Source: an uncultured Acidobacteriota bacterium (GTDB lineage: Bacteria > Acidobacteriota > Thermoanaerobaculia > UBA5066). Taken from it: a stretch of DNA of 64,000 nucleotides. Below are positions 9,971 to 18,822 of this stretch, piece after piece (positions within the stretch are counted from its first letter, which is position 1; each line of letters opens with the position of its first letter). The translations under genes and the position numbers were made by a program. The notes beneath the pieces are model-generated. The model was not told the origin of the DNA. It saw only the letters and a list, made by a program, of their open reading frames with translations, and searched no databases. Location of the stretch: NCBI GenBank assembly GCA_963779415.1, contig CAVZYA010000001.1:1344001-1408000 (forward strand), given 5' to 3'.

Positions 9971-10975
9971 CTACATCTCCATCTTCGAGAGAAACTTCGC
10001 GGCCTGGACTCGGACAAAGCCGTTCTCCCGCTCGTCGACGGCGCGGGCGCGCAGGGCGTCGAGCGCGGCCGGGTCCTTCAGCGCCGCCGCCGCCCGGGCC
10101 AGCCCCTCGACGGCCCGCATCCGGACGGCGGGGTTCTCGTCGGTCCGGAGGACGGCCACGAGCGCGTCGCGCGTCCCGGCGGTCGGCGGGAGCTGCGCGA
10201 GCGCCTCGACGGCCTTCTTCCGGACGCCCGGATTCCGGTCGTGCCGCGCCGACTCGGCGAGGGCCGCCACGATCTCCGGTGAGGGGGCCGCCGGCCCCTT
10301 CGAGACCTCGGAGACCATCTCGATCGCGCGCCCGCGCGCTCCCGCGGTATCGGACGCGCCCGACATCAGATAGACGAGGAGGTCGGCGATTCCCTTCTGA
10401 TCCGGGCGGCCGGTGACCGTGTAACGGGTCGTCACGTCGAACGCGACGCCCACCTTCCCGGCGGCGTCGGCGGGATGGAATGCGACATTCGCGAGGCGCG
10501 GCCGGTTCGAGAGATCGGGAACGGCCTGGGAGACGTCCACTGTCCGGTGCGACACGACGGGGATCGTTTCGGTGCCGGCACCCGCCGCCGGCAAGGCGGC
10601 CGGTCCGTAGCGGGCGAGAACCCATCCTCCCGCGGCCGCAAGAAGAAACGTCGCGGCCTGAAGCAGCGGGCGGACGCCGCGCGGGCGCGCCGGGCGGATC
10701 GGGACGACCGGAACGGGGGGCGGGGCCGAAGCGGCACGGCGTCTCACCTCGGCCTCGAGCAGGGCCTCGGTCCGTGCCCCGAACCAGGGCGAGGGCTCGG
10801 CGCCGGCGTCGGCTCCGAGCCGGTCCCACGTCGCCGAAAGCCGGCGCTCCTCCGCGTGACAGGCGGAGCAGGATGAGAGGTGGTCGGAGAGCCAGGCGGC
10901 CTCGGCCTCCGGCAGCTCGCCGGAGAGGCGGAGGATGGCGGCCTCACGGGTTCTTACGGCGTCGCGGCAGTCCAT
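9971..10975 (-). CDS. Anti-sigma factor (zf-HC2, TM, HEAT repeats)
   Basis: HLSSCSAC zinc motif, TM helix, NPGVRKKAVEAL and NPAVRMRAVEGL HEAT repeats; ATG 10975. Confidence 0.85.
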   Translation of the reverse strand: MDCRDAVRTREAAILRLSGELPEAEAAWLSDHLSSCSACHAEERRLSATWDRLGADAGAEPSPWFGARTEALLEAEVRRRAASAPPPVPVVPIRPARPRGVRPLLQAATFLLAAAGGWVLARYGPAALPAAGAGTETIPVVSHRTVDVSQAVPDLSNRPRLANVAFHPADAAGKVGVAFDVTTRYTVTGRPDQKGIADLLVYLMSGASDTAGARGRAIEMVSEVSKGPAAPSPEIVAALAESARHDRNPGVRKKAVEALAQLPPTAGTRDALVAVLRTDENPAVRMRAVEGLARAAAALKDPAALDALRARAVDERENGFVRVQAAKFLSKMEM

Positions 10976-11556
10976 GACGAGTCTCCCTCGGAAAAGACTT
11001 CCCTGAGCTTTTCCATAGCCCGGAAGATCCGGGTCTTCACCGCCCCTTCGCTGATCTCGAGGGTGCGGGCGATCTCGACGTAAGGCATCCCGTGAAAGCG
11101 GGCGAGGACGAGCGCCTCGCGCTGCTCGTCGGAAAGGGCGGCGAGGGCGCGCCGGACGAGAAGGCGCCGCTCGCTCTCGACGAGGACGCGGTCCGGGGTC
11201 GGACCGGGCGCCGCCGGCTCGGCCACCGATTCCAGAGGGACGGAGCTCCGGCGCCCGGCCCTTCGGAGGCGGTCGCGGCATGCGTTCGCCGCGATGGCGA
11301 AGAGCCACGAGGCGACGGGGGCCCGTCCGTCGTACTGCTCCACCCGGACTATCGCTTTCAGGAAGACCTCCTGCGTCACGTCCTCGGCTTCGGCCCGGCT
11401 CCCGAGAAGGCGGTCCGCGTAGCGGAGAATGGCTTCCGAGTAGCGGCGGAAAAGCTCCGTCGCCCCCTCCGGCTCTCCCCTCCGGACCCTCTCCAGCGAC
11501 GACCGGTCCTGGTCCGAGTCCAACCGCCCCTCCCTCGCCGGCCGGGCCGATGACAT
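10954..11556 (-). CDS. ECF RNA polymerase sigma factor
   Basis: AEDVTQEVFLK, SWLFAIAAN, YVEIARTLEISEGAVKTRIFRA. Confidence 0.93.
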   Translation of the reverse strand: MSSARPAREGRLDSDQDRSSLERVRRGEPEGATELFRRYSEAILRYADRLLGSRAEAEDVTQEVFLKAIVRVEQYDGRAPVASWLFAIAANACRDRLRRAGRRSSVPLESVAEPAAPGPTPDRVLVESERRLLVRRALAALSDEQREALVLARFHGMPYVEIARTLEISEGAVKTRIFRAMEKLREVFSEGDSSWTAATP

Positions 11557-11566
11557 GGCTTCCGGG

Positions 11567-11592
11567 AGACGTCCTTCCGTTGAAAAGGTTAC
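11567..11592 (-). promoter_or_regulatory. ECF autoregulatory promoter GTAAC-N16-CGTCT
   Basis: Matches the generic ECF AAC-N16-CGT consensus, 10 nt upstream of the sigma ATG. Confidence 0.7.
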
Positions 11593-11600
11593 GCGCCTCC

Positions 11601-12392
11601 TCAGCGGGCCACGACCTTCAAAGTCCCCTTGTAGGTGGAGAGCGCGAGCTTCGGTCCCCCGCCATTCAGGGTGGCGCTCATCCGCCGGCCCGACCGCGTC
11701 TGAACGCCGAAGTCGGACCGGAAGTCACCCCGCCGGCCGGTGTCCGCGTCGATCTCGAACGCCGCCGTCCTGGGGAGTGAGACCTCGATCTCCCCCTTGT
11801 ACGTCTCGAATCGGCTGTCCGAGCGGAGCTTCGCGAGGGCGACCGATGCATCCCCCTTGTAGGTCTCGAGACGGATCGAGCCGTCGAGATCCCGGACGAT
11901 CATCGTTCCCTTGTAGGAGTTGATCCGGAGGTCACCGGAGAGGCCGGCTACCGTCACCTTCGACTTGTAGTCCTTCACCTCGAGGTCGGCCGCTTTCGGC
12001 ATCCGGATCCGGTAGTCGACGAACGGCCGGGCCGTGCAGGACCCGAAGAACCACGTGTGGAACGACGAGAGAGAGTCGTAGTCCGACTCGATCCGGACCG
12101 TCTTCCCGTGGGCCTCGATCCGGATCTGCGTCTCTTCGACCCATTCGGCCTGAGACTTCGAGTCGCCGCAGTCGGTGTCGGCGGTGACTCGCGCCTCGAC
12201 CAGGACGTCGGGTCTCTCCTCGGCCGTCACCTCGACCGAGCCCTTGTACGTTTCGATATCGACCCGCCCTCCGGCCGGGAACGGAAGCGTCTTTCGAACC
12301 TCCTTCGACGGCTCGGCGGCCGGCGCCGGGAACGTCAGGACGAGACCCGCGAGCAGAAGGAAGGGAAAGAGAAAGCGGCGGCTTCGGCTCAT
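11601..12392 (-). CDS. DUF4097 exported protein
   Basis: Signal peptide; repeated TYKG/SYKG units; ATG 12392. Confidence 0.8.
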   Translation of the reverse strand: MSRSRRFLFPFLLLAGLVLTFPAPAAEPSKEVRKTLPFPAGGRVDIETYKGSVEVTAEERPDVLVEARVTADTDCGDSKSQAEWVEETQIRIEAHGKTVRIESDYDSLSSFHTWFFGSCTARPFVDYRIRMPKAADLEVKDYKSKVTVAGLSGDLRINSYKGTMIVRDLDGSIRLETYKGDASVALAKLRSDSRFETYKGEIEVSLPRTAAFEIDADTGRRGDFRSDFGVQTRSGRRMSATLNGGGPKLALSTYKGTLKVVAR

Positions 12393-12400
12393 GCCAATGA

Positions 12401-12426
12401 GAACGAAGAAACGGCCCAAAGGTTTC
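12401..12426 (-). promoter_or_regulatory. ECF promoter GAAAC-N16-CGTTC, 8 nt before ATG 12392
   Basis: Same architecture as the other two sites. Confidence 0.6.
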
Positions 12427-13738
12427 AGCCCTGGAAGATGAACTTCCGCTCCCGGGCCGACGCGAGGAGCTCCGCGCGGAAATCGGGGTGGGCGATGTCG
12501 ATGAGGGCCATCGAGCGCTGCCGGATGTTCTTTCCCCAGAGGTCCGCCACGCCGTATTCCGTCACGACGTAGCGGATGTCTCCGCGGCTCGTCACGACGC
12601 CGGCCCCTTCCTCGAGGACCGCGCAGATCCGGCTCACCTTCCCGTCCTTGGCCGACGACGGGAGGGCGATGATGGGCCGCCCCCCGTTGCTCCGCGCCGT
12701 GCCGCGGATGAAGTCGACCTGCCCGCCGATCCCCGAGAAGAAGCGGCCGCCGATGGTGTCGGCCGCGACCTGACCGGTCAGGTCGACGGCGAGAGCCGAG
12801 TTGATGGCCACCATGTGGTCGTTCCGGGCGATCTGGAACGGGTCGTTCGTGAAGCTCGAAGGGCGCATCTCGAGGGCCGGATTGTCGTGGACCCACTCGT
12901 AGAGCTTCTCAGACCCCATCAGGAACGACGTGACCATCTTGCCCGGCAGAAGCGTCTTCTTCTTCCCCGTGATGACGCCCGCCTGCCACAGGCGCATGAC
13001 GCCGTCCGAGAGCATCTCGGTATGGATGCCGAGGTCCCGCCGGCTGCCGAGGCACGCGAGGACGGCGTCGGGAATCCGGCCGATCCCCATCTGCAGCGTC
13101 GCGCCGTCGCCGATGAGGCCCGCCACGTGGAGGCCGATCTGCCGGCAGACGTCGTCGATCGGCTCGACCGGGAGCTCCGGCAGCGCGTAGTCCACCGGGA
13201 CGAGGTGGGCGATCTTCTCGACGTGGATGAACGAGTCGCCGTGCGTCCGCGGCATCCGCGGGTTCACCTCGGCGAGGATCAGCCCCGCGGAGTCGACCGC
13301 GGCCCGGACGATGTCGACCGAGACCCCGAGGCTCACGAAACCGTGCCGGTCGGGCGGGCTGACCTGTATCAGGGCGACGTCCACGGCGACTCGCCCGCTC
13401 GAGATGACGAGCGGGATCTCCGAGAGGAAGACGGGCATGAAGTCCGCCCGCCCCTCCTGGACGGCCTGCCGGACGTTCGCCCCGATGAAGAACGCGGTGT
13501 GCCGGAAGCGCTCCTGGAGGCCGGGGGCGACGTAGGGCGCCGGCCCCAGCGTCAGGAGATGGACGATCTCGTTCCCGAAGAGGTGGGTGCCGTGCTCGAC
13601 CATCGCCTCGACGAGCCGGGCGGGCTCGGCCGCGCCGGAGCCGATCAGGATCCGCCGGCCGGGCGGAATGGCGCGGATCGCCTCTTCGGGCGTCGAGACC
13701 TTCCAGCTGTAACGGGTCTGCCAGTCGTTCTCGCTCAT
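12425..13738 (-). CDS. Acetyl-CoA hydrolase/transferase (4-hydroxybutyrate CoA-transferase type)
   Basis: TLQMGIGRIPDAV, LGIHTEM, SGIGGQVDFIRG, VTEYG; ATG 13738. Confidence 0.9.
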   Translation of the reverse strand: MSENDWQTRYSWKVSTPEEAIRAIPPGRRILIGSGAAEPARLVEAMVEHGTHLFGNEIVHLLTLGPAPYVAPGLQERFRHTAFFIGANVRQAVQEGRADFMPVFLSEIPLVISSGRVAVDVALIQVSPPDRHGFVSLGVSVDIVRAAVDSAGLILAEVNPRMPRTHGDSFIHVEKIAHLVPVDYALPELPVEPIDDVCRQIGLHVAGLIGDGATLQMGIGRIPDAVLACLGSRRDLGIHTEMLSDGVMRLWQAGVITGKKKTLLPGKMVTSFLMGSEKLYEWVHDNPALEMRPSSFTNDPFQIARNDHMVAINSALAVDLTGQVAADTIGGRFFSGIGGQVDFIRGTARSNGGRPIIALPSSAKDGKVSRICAVLEEGAGVVTSRGDIRYVVTEYGVADLWGKNIRQRSMALIDIAHPDFRAELLASARERKFIFQG

Positions 13739-13841
13739 AGCATTCCCATTATTGGACGTTGCAGAATTCCGCGCGATGGTTCCTTTGCATCCCTCCGCTT
13801 CCCGGAACCGTAAGATCCTTCCGACGAGGAGCTTCACGCCG

Positions 13842-14972
13842 ATGACGTCCTCCTTCCGCGTGGCCCGGGTCGCCGGCATCGAAATCCGGGTGCACGTCAC
13901 CTTCGGATTCATCCTCCTGATCGGCGCCCTCCAGTGGGGGATCCCGCACGGAGCGGCCGGCGCCCTCTTCGGCGCCCTCCTGATGATTCTTCTCTTCGGC
14001 TGCGTCGTCCTCCACGAGCTGGGCCATTCGCTCGTCGCCCGCGCCTTCGGGATCGGCGTCCACGACATCACGCTCTACCCGATCGGCGGCATCGCGCGGA
14101 TGGAGCGGAATCCCGACAAGCCGCTGGACGAGTTCCTCATCGCCGCGGCCGGCCCCCTCGTGAACCTCGTCCTCGCCCTCATCCTCTGGGGCGTCACGGG
14201 AGTCGCCTCCTCGCTCGGAAAGCTGGACGCGGCGGCCGCCCTGAAGAACCTCGCGCCGGGACCCGAAACGGCCCTCGTCTGGCTCCTCCTCTCGAACCTC
14301 TTCCTCGCCCTCTTCAATCTGATCCCGGCCTTCCCGATGGACGGTGGCCGGATGCTCCGCGCCGTTCTCACGAAGATCTACGGGTTCCAGGAGGCGACCC
14401 GCATGGCCGCGGGCATCGGCCAGTTCCTCGCGATGGGGCTCGGCCTCTTCGGCGTCCTCTCCGGGAACTTCCTCCTCGCCCTCGTCGCCCTCTTCATCTT
14501 CATGGGGGCGTCGCAGGAGCGGGCCGCGGAGCGGGCGCGGGTCGTCCTCGGGACTCTGAAGGTCGGGGACGCCTACAACAAGAACGCCATCACCCTCGCC
14601 CCCGGCACGTACGTGAGCCAGGTCGTGGACCACATCCTGACGAGCTACCAGCCCGACTTCGCCGTGATGCAGGGGTCGGCGCTCCTCGGCGTCGTCACCC
14701 GCGACGACATCCTGAAGAACCTCGCGACCGAGCTGGGCGACGCGTGGGTGACGGGGATCATGAAGCGCGACGTCCCGAAGGTCGACGCGGGGCTGACCCT
14801 CGAGGAGGTCCGCGAGCAGCTCGCGGAGGCCGGGCAGCGCGTCGCCGCCGTCTACCGCGGGGAGACGTACCTCGGTCTCGTCTCGGCAGAGGACATCGCC
14901 GAGGCGCTCCTCGTCGTCGGCTTCCGGGCCGCCCACGACGCCCGCCGCGCCGCCGCCGAGCGGACGGAGTGA
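13842..14972 (+). CDS. Site-2 protease (M50) with CBS domains
   Basis: HELGH, AGPLVN, FNLIPAFPMDGGR, C-terminal CBS pair. Confidence 0.92.
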   Translation: MTSSFRVARVAGIEIRVHVTFGFILLIGALQWGIPHGAAGALFGALLMILLFGCVVLHELGHSLVARAFGIGVHDITLYPIGGIARMERNPDKPLDEFLIAAAGPLVNLVLALILWGVTGVASSLGKLDAAAALKNLAPGPETALVWLLLSNLFLALFNLIPAFPMDGGRMLRAVLTKIYGFQEATRMAAGIGQFLAMGLGLFGVLSGNFLLALVALFIFMGASQERAAERARVVLGTLKVGDAYNKNAITLAPGTYVSQVVDHILTSYQPDFAVMQGSALLGVVTRDDILKNLATELGDAWVTGIMKRDVPKVDAGLTLEEVREQLAEAGQRVAAVYRGETYLGLVSAEDIAEALLVVGFRAAHDARRAAAERTE

Positions 14973-15297
14973 CTTCCCCGCCAAGCCTCCGCCGTCTCCG
15001 GAACCCGCGCGACCGCGACGAGGTCCGGCGCCGCTTTCGCGCGTGGCTCGCATCGAACGAGCTGAACGCCCAGCGGAACGGGACGGGTCCTTCCCCCCGG
15101 CCGAGATTGTCTGGCTTTCCCGGGTCCTCGCCGGCGGGACCCTTCGTCCCCTCTTCCGCGAGGTCGGCCCCGACTCGCCTCCCCTGCTCGGCAGCCCGGA
15201 GGCCCAGCCTCTCACCGACTACTGCTTCCGCCTGAACAGGACGAAGCCCGGAAACGACGCCTTCCTCGGCGACTGCGCCTGCGGCGCGGCCCGTTGA
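14969..15297 (+). CDS. Hypothetical protein split by an apparent 1-nt deletion in the C6 run at 15093-15098
   Basis: GTGA overlap start; adding one C joins ...NGTGPS to PPAEIVWLSRV...DCACGAAR. Confidence 0.4.
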
Positions 15298-15497
15298 CGG
15301 CCCGGCCCGCCCTCCCTCCCCACGCGCTCGGACGGTCGTCTTCGATGACGAGGCCCTAGAGCTCCGGCTGAACGAGCGCATACGTCCACGACAGACGGCG
15401 AAAAAGTCCCTGCAAATAGATACCTTGAAGTCTCTACCTGCAGTAACTTCTGCTCCGTAGATCGAAAAAGCCTCTATTCGCAGTGACCTCCAACGCC

Positions 15498-15515
15498 GTC
15501 TAATATGGGTTAGGC
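15498..15515 (+). mobile_element. attI-like integron recombination site (GTCTAAT-atgg-GTTAGGC)
   Basis: Canonical GTTRRRY preceded by a degenerate inverted L box, with no attC hairpin upstream. GTTAGGCCGCAG matches the reverse complement of the first attC's left end (CTGCGGCCCAAC) at 11/12. The L-R spacer is 4 nt, versus 5 in attI1. Confidence 0.65.
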
Positions 15516-15561
15516 CGCAGAAGAAACATTCCTCTCACCACCACCGCGAATAGGAGGTCAC

Positions 15562-15948
15562 ATGAAACGAGTCACTGGCATCGGCGGCATCTTCTTCAAG
15601 GCCAAAGACGCTCCATCACTGCAGGCTTGGTACAAGCGGCACCTGGGAATCGATGTCCAAGTCTGGGGCGGAGCTGCCTTCGATTGGACCGACGCCGAGG
15701 GCAAGCCGGTTGCAGGCACAACTGCCTGGTGCATCGATCCGCAAGGGAGTGATCACTTTGCTCCGACCTCTGCTCCCTTCATGGTCAACTACCGAGTGGA
15801 AGACCTCCACGCCTTGGTCAAGGTCTTGAAGGAAGAAGGCTGCAAAGTGCTCGAGAAGATTGACGAATCCGAGTATGGGAAGTTTGCCTGGGTCATTGAT
15901 CCAGAGGGAAACAAGGTCGAGCTATGGCAGCCGCCTCAAGGCCAATGA
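15562..15948 (+). CDS. VOC/glyoxalase family protein (cassette 1)
   Basis: MKRVTGIGGIFFK, FMVNYRVEDL, YGKFAWVIDPEGNKVELWQP; SD GGAGG. Confidence 0.92.
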   Translation: MKRVTGIGGIFFKAKDAPSLQAWYKRHLGIDVQVWGGAAFDWTDAEGKPVAGTTAWCIDPQGSDHFAPTSAPFMVNYRVEDLHALVKVLKEEGCKVLEKIDESEYGKFAWVIDPEGNKVELWQPPQGQ

Positions 15949-15979
15949 GCAGGCCCGTTAGTCACGGCTGCGAACTGCG

Positions 15980-16058
15980 GCCCAACACCTTTTCAGCGGA
16001 CTCGGCATCCGTTGGCGGCGCTCCTTCCTTCTCTCCGCTGAACGCGATATCGCTAGCC
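15980..16058 (+). mobile_element. attC site 1
   Basis: R'' GCCCAAC; TTCAGCGGA pairs with TCCGCTGAA; R' GCTAGCC (non-canonical). Confidence 0.8.
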
Positions 16059-16110
16059 GGCCAGATGCTGACAAGCCGCGGTTCCTCGGAGAAACCTAAA
16101 GGAGGCAACG

Positions 16111-16503
16111 ATGACCACCAGCCGGCTTCTGTTCGTTCCGGTCTTTGTCGCCTTGGTGGCGCCGGTATCGGCGCAGGCGCCGACGCAGACGAAAGGCTTC
16201 ACGGAGAAGCTACTTGCCACAGTCGACCTTGGACCCGAGATCGAAGGCATGGCGGGGCGGCAGCTTCGGATGCGCCTGATAACGATCGAACCTGGAGGCG
16301 CCACTGTGATTCACAGCCATAAGGACAGGCCCGACACAGTTTACATCCTGCAGGGCAAGATCACCGATCATCGGGATGACGTCGCCACGGAGTATGGTCC
16401 AGGGGTCGGCTGGCCCGAGGACAACGCCACCACGCACTGGATCCAGAACGCGGGAACGATGCCGGCCGTGGAGATCTCGGTCGACATATTCAAGAAGCCG
16501 TAG
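16111..16503 (+). CDS. Exported cupin-domain protein (cassette)
   Basis: Signal peptide, HSHKDRP..YILQG, HW..N cupin motifs; SD AGGAGG. Confidence 0.85.
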   Translation: MTTSRLLFVPVFVALVAPVSAQAPTQTKGFTEKLLATVDLGPEIEGMAGRQLRMRLITIEPGGATVIHSHKDRPDTVYILQGKITDHRDDVATEYGPGVGWPEDNATTHWIQNAGTMPAVEISVDIFKKP

Positions 16504-16523
16504 CCTGAGGACCCGATATTCCG

Positions 16524-16583
16524 CCGCAACCACGCGTTGCGGCGGACTCGCTACGCTCACCGCTGAACGCGATATCCTTAGGC
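16524..16583 (+). mobile_element. attC site 2 (60 bp)
   Basis: CCGCAAC-cacgcgttgcggcggactcgctacgctcaccgctgaacgcgatatc-CTTAGGC. Confidence 0.85.
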
Positions 16584-16674
16584 GGCTCAGAGTACTAATG
16601 CGATGGCCGACCTCAGCCAGGCCGGCCCCGCGGTCCAAACTTTTGTTGACGGCTGCCCTAGCGGTGGAGTATTC

Positions 16675-17055
16675 ATGAGTCTCTTCGCCATGACTCGAGT
16701 CGGTCGGGTGGCATTAGACGCCGCTAATCGAACCCTCTCGCCGCCCCCCAACGCGTCGTCTCAGGAGGTTCGGAAGAACGGCCTGTTCTGCCTAGCTATC
16801 GGTATCGCGTGCTTTGCGCTCGGGGCTCTAGGAATGACCCTGAATCGGGACTGGATTGCCCTCGCAGAAATCCCTGCAATAGCCGGATACGCGTTCTTGA
16901 TCGTCGGCGGATACCGTGCGGTGTTTGGGAGAAGCCCTCGAGCCTCTTCGCCAGGCGAACTGTCTCTTCACAGGGCCAAATTCGCAGTCGTCTTCATCGT
17001 GCTTACGGTCGGAGCCTTCGTGATCCTGATGCTCACTATCGATGGTGTCATCTGA
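16675..17055 (+). CDS. Hypothetical membrane protein, 3 TM (cassette)
   Basis: ORF follows attC2 with a GGAG SD; three hydrophobic segments. Confidence 0.6.
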   Translation: MSLFAMTRVGRVALDAANRTLSPPPNASSQEVRKNGLFCLAIGIACFALGALGMTLNRDWIALAEIPAIAGYAFLIVGGYRAVFGRSPRASSPGELSLHRAKFAVVFIVLTVGAFVILMLTIDGVI

Positions 17056-17115
17056 CACCGTGGGGACGAGTCCCCGGGGCGGCGCTGGCTCGTCGGTAGA
17101 GAAAGGGGGGCCCTA

Positions 17116-17793
17116 ATGGGTGTCGAATACCGCCACTTTCTCGTAGCGGCCGAGCCAACCTGGCTTCCTCAGGCTGACACGCTTCCCAAGGTCGATGCGC
17201 TGCTCCGGAGATGGGCGCTCGTGACCAACGAGCCGCAGATCTATGACCTCACGGGCGGCAGAAAGAACCCGGTCGCCTCGTTTCCATCGACCGGTCCGGG
17301 TCCCGGTATCGCCGTCGTTTACCCAATGGTTCAGGGGCCAGTCGTGCCTACTCTCTTCGGCCCGTCCTATTACAAGGAAGACGTTGCTCCAGACGACCGG
17401 TATATTCAGGGACTCACGGTCGTCGTGGGTGCCGACTACCGTGTTCATTGGAGCAGCGAGGGCATCTGCTTCACCGTGGTCGAACCACCACGAGAGGCAG
17501 GCAGGGACGTCGAGCCCTACCATGCAGATCAACACCTCTACCTCTACTCTGAGTCGTACCCCGCAACGCCCGGTACCACGCCTCCCACGGTCAAGGTTGA
17601 AGTCGATCCCAGAGCGCACGGCAACGTAGCTTGGAAGACTACTCAGGGGTGTGGCGCGGCGCTATCGTTTTCGCCTGCGGCAAGGATATACCGGCCTCAT
17701 CGAGGGGCCTCATGCTCTCGCGTCCAGCTATTCGTAGCCGACGTCTGCCAAGCACTCGGCTCTCGTCTTCTCGAAGTCGGTGAAATATATTGA
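17116..17793 (+). CDS. Hypothetical protein (cassette); C-terminal part may contain compensating indels
   Basis: 225-aa ORF ending 20 bp before attC3; an alternative frame near 17640 reads DYSGVWRGAIVFACGKDIP. Confidence 0.65.
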   Translation: MGVEYRHFLVAAEPTWLPQADTLPKVDALLRRWALVTNEPQIYDLTGGRKNPVASFPSTGPGPGIAVVYPMVQGPVVPTLFGPSYYKEDVAPDDRYIQGLTVVVGADYRVHWSSEGICFTVVEPPREAGRDVEPYHADQHLYLYSESYPATPGTTPPTVKVEVDPRAHGNVAWKTTQGCGAALSFSPAARIYRPHRGASCSRVQLFVADVCQALGSRLLEVGEIY

Positions 17794-17812
17794 GCGGTCC
17801 GGGACCGGTGCC

Positions 17813-17873
17813 GTCTAACCCCGCGCTGCTGCGGACCCGCTTGCGCTCGCCGCTGAACGCGATATCGTCGGGC
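17813..17873 (+). mobile_element. attC site 3 (61 bp)
   Basis: GTCTAAC ... cgccgctgaacgcgatatc-GTCGGGC. Confidence 0.88.
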
Positions 17874-17904
17874 AACCGAAGGTCGAACGAGATGGAGGTA
17901 CCTC

Positions 17905-18345
17905 ATGGGATCGATTACGCCTCCTCCACCGCCTATTCCTGCCCGCGGCGTGGCGCCCGCATCGGCGCTCGCCTCCGCACCTTCTCGCGCGCGACAGGCG
18001 GCACGCGCCTCGTGATGGCTCCGCTCATACGACATCATCTTCAACTACACCATCAAGAACCTGGCCTTGGCGCTTACGGCCGCGGGCTGTCATTGCATCG
18101 TCAGTCTGATCCTCTATCTGGCCGGCCTAGTCCTCGCCGTCTACGCGCTCTCGCAGGTGCGGTCGGCTGGGCGCAAGGGGATTTTGGCGCCTGCAATCGT
18201 CGGGCTCGTTCTGAATGGCCTATTCCTCCTGCTTGTCGGTGGCGTGGCCGTATCCAGCTATCTCGACGCCAGAGCTCGGGCGTCTCAGCGTGAGTCGCTC
18301 GACCGGCCCCTTTCAGCCTCTTCCTTACATGCTGCCGTTGTCTGA
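17905..18345 (+). pseudogene. Interrupted membrane-protein cassette gene
   Basis: ATG 17905 after GGAGG; in-frame TGA at 18013; the frame continues through two TM helices to a stop inside attC4. Confidence 0.55.
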
Positions 18346-18399
18346 CCCCGCGTTGCGGCGGACTCGCTCCGCTCGTCGCGGAACGCGATATCGTTACGT
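18340..18399 (+). mobile_element. attC site 4 (60 bp)
   Basis: GTCTGAC-cccgcgttgcggcggactcgctccgctcgtcgcggaacgcgatatc-GTTACGT. Confidence 0.85.
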
Positions 18400-18409
18400 G
18401 GAACGTCGC

Positions 18410-18716
18410 CATAGCCGCGTATCTGGAAACGTACAGCCTGTTGGTCCTAACCGCGGTGATCGCATCGCGGTGATGATTTGGCAGTGCAGCCGAATCAACT
18501 CCATTCTTGAATCCTGGGCGAAGGCGAACAATATCGAGATTATGTCTCGTAGTCTCGGGCTCTTTAGACCTTGGCCCGTTCTTCTTCACCCTCGGACACA
18601 GGTGGTACATTTCCTGACGGTGCTTGCCGCCGGCATCGAACGAGCCGCAGGGGGAAGGGCGGAGGGTCTCGACGGCACACAGTAGCGACACCGTCGAGAC
18701 AAGATGGGAGCCATGA
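18410..18716 (+). pseudogene. Degraded small membrane-protein cassette gene
   Basis: Protein-like segments (SILESWAKANNIEIMS; GPFFFTLG; SDTVETRWEP*) lie in different frames; no clean start. Confidence 0.45.
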
Positions 18717-18752
18717 GAGCACCTCGAAGCTCCTTTCGCGGGGTCCGGTGCC

Positions 18753-18812
18753 ATCTAACCCTGTGTTGCAGCTGGCTCGCCCCACTCGCCGCTGAACGCG
18801 ATATCGTCAGGC
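18753..18812 (+). mobile_element. attC site 5 (60 bp)
   Basis: ATCTAAC-cctgtgttgcagctggctcgccccactcgccgctgaacgcgatatc-GTCAGGC. Confidence 0.88.
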
Positions 18813-18822
18813 GGATGCACCA

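Noticed and set aside
14758-15497. Integron integrase upstream of attI
   Set aside because: The minus-strand ORF 14758-15381 is low-complexity shadow sequence with no tyrosine recombinase motifs (no HxxRH or catalytic Tyr region).
18340-18350. GTCTGACCCC in attC4 as a Y1 end motif
   Set aside because: It is explained by a single A-to-G change in the attC R'' box (compare GTCTAACCCC in attC3); likely coincidence.
15980-18812. Repeated CGCTGAACGCGATATC as a CRISPR repeat
   Set aside because: Copies are separated by whole genes (0.4-1.3 kb), sit in ~60-bp hairpins with RYYYAAC/GTTRRRY-like ends, and no cas genes are present; they are attC sites.
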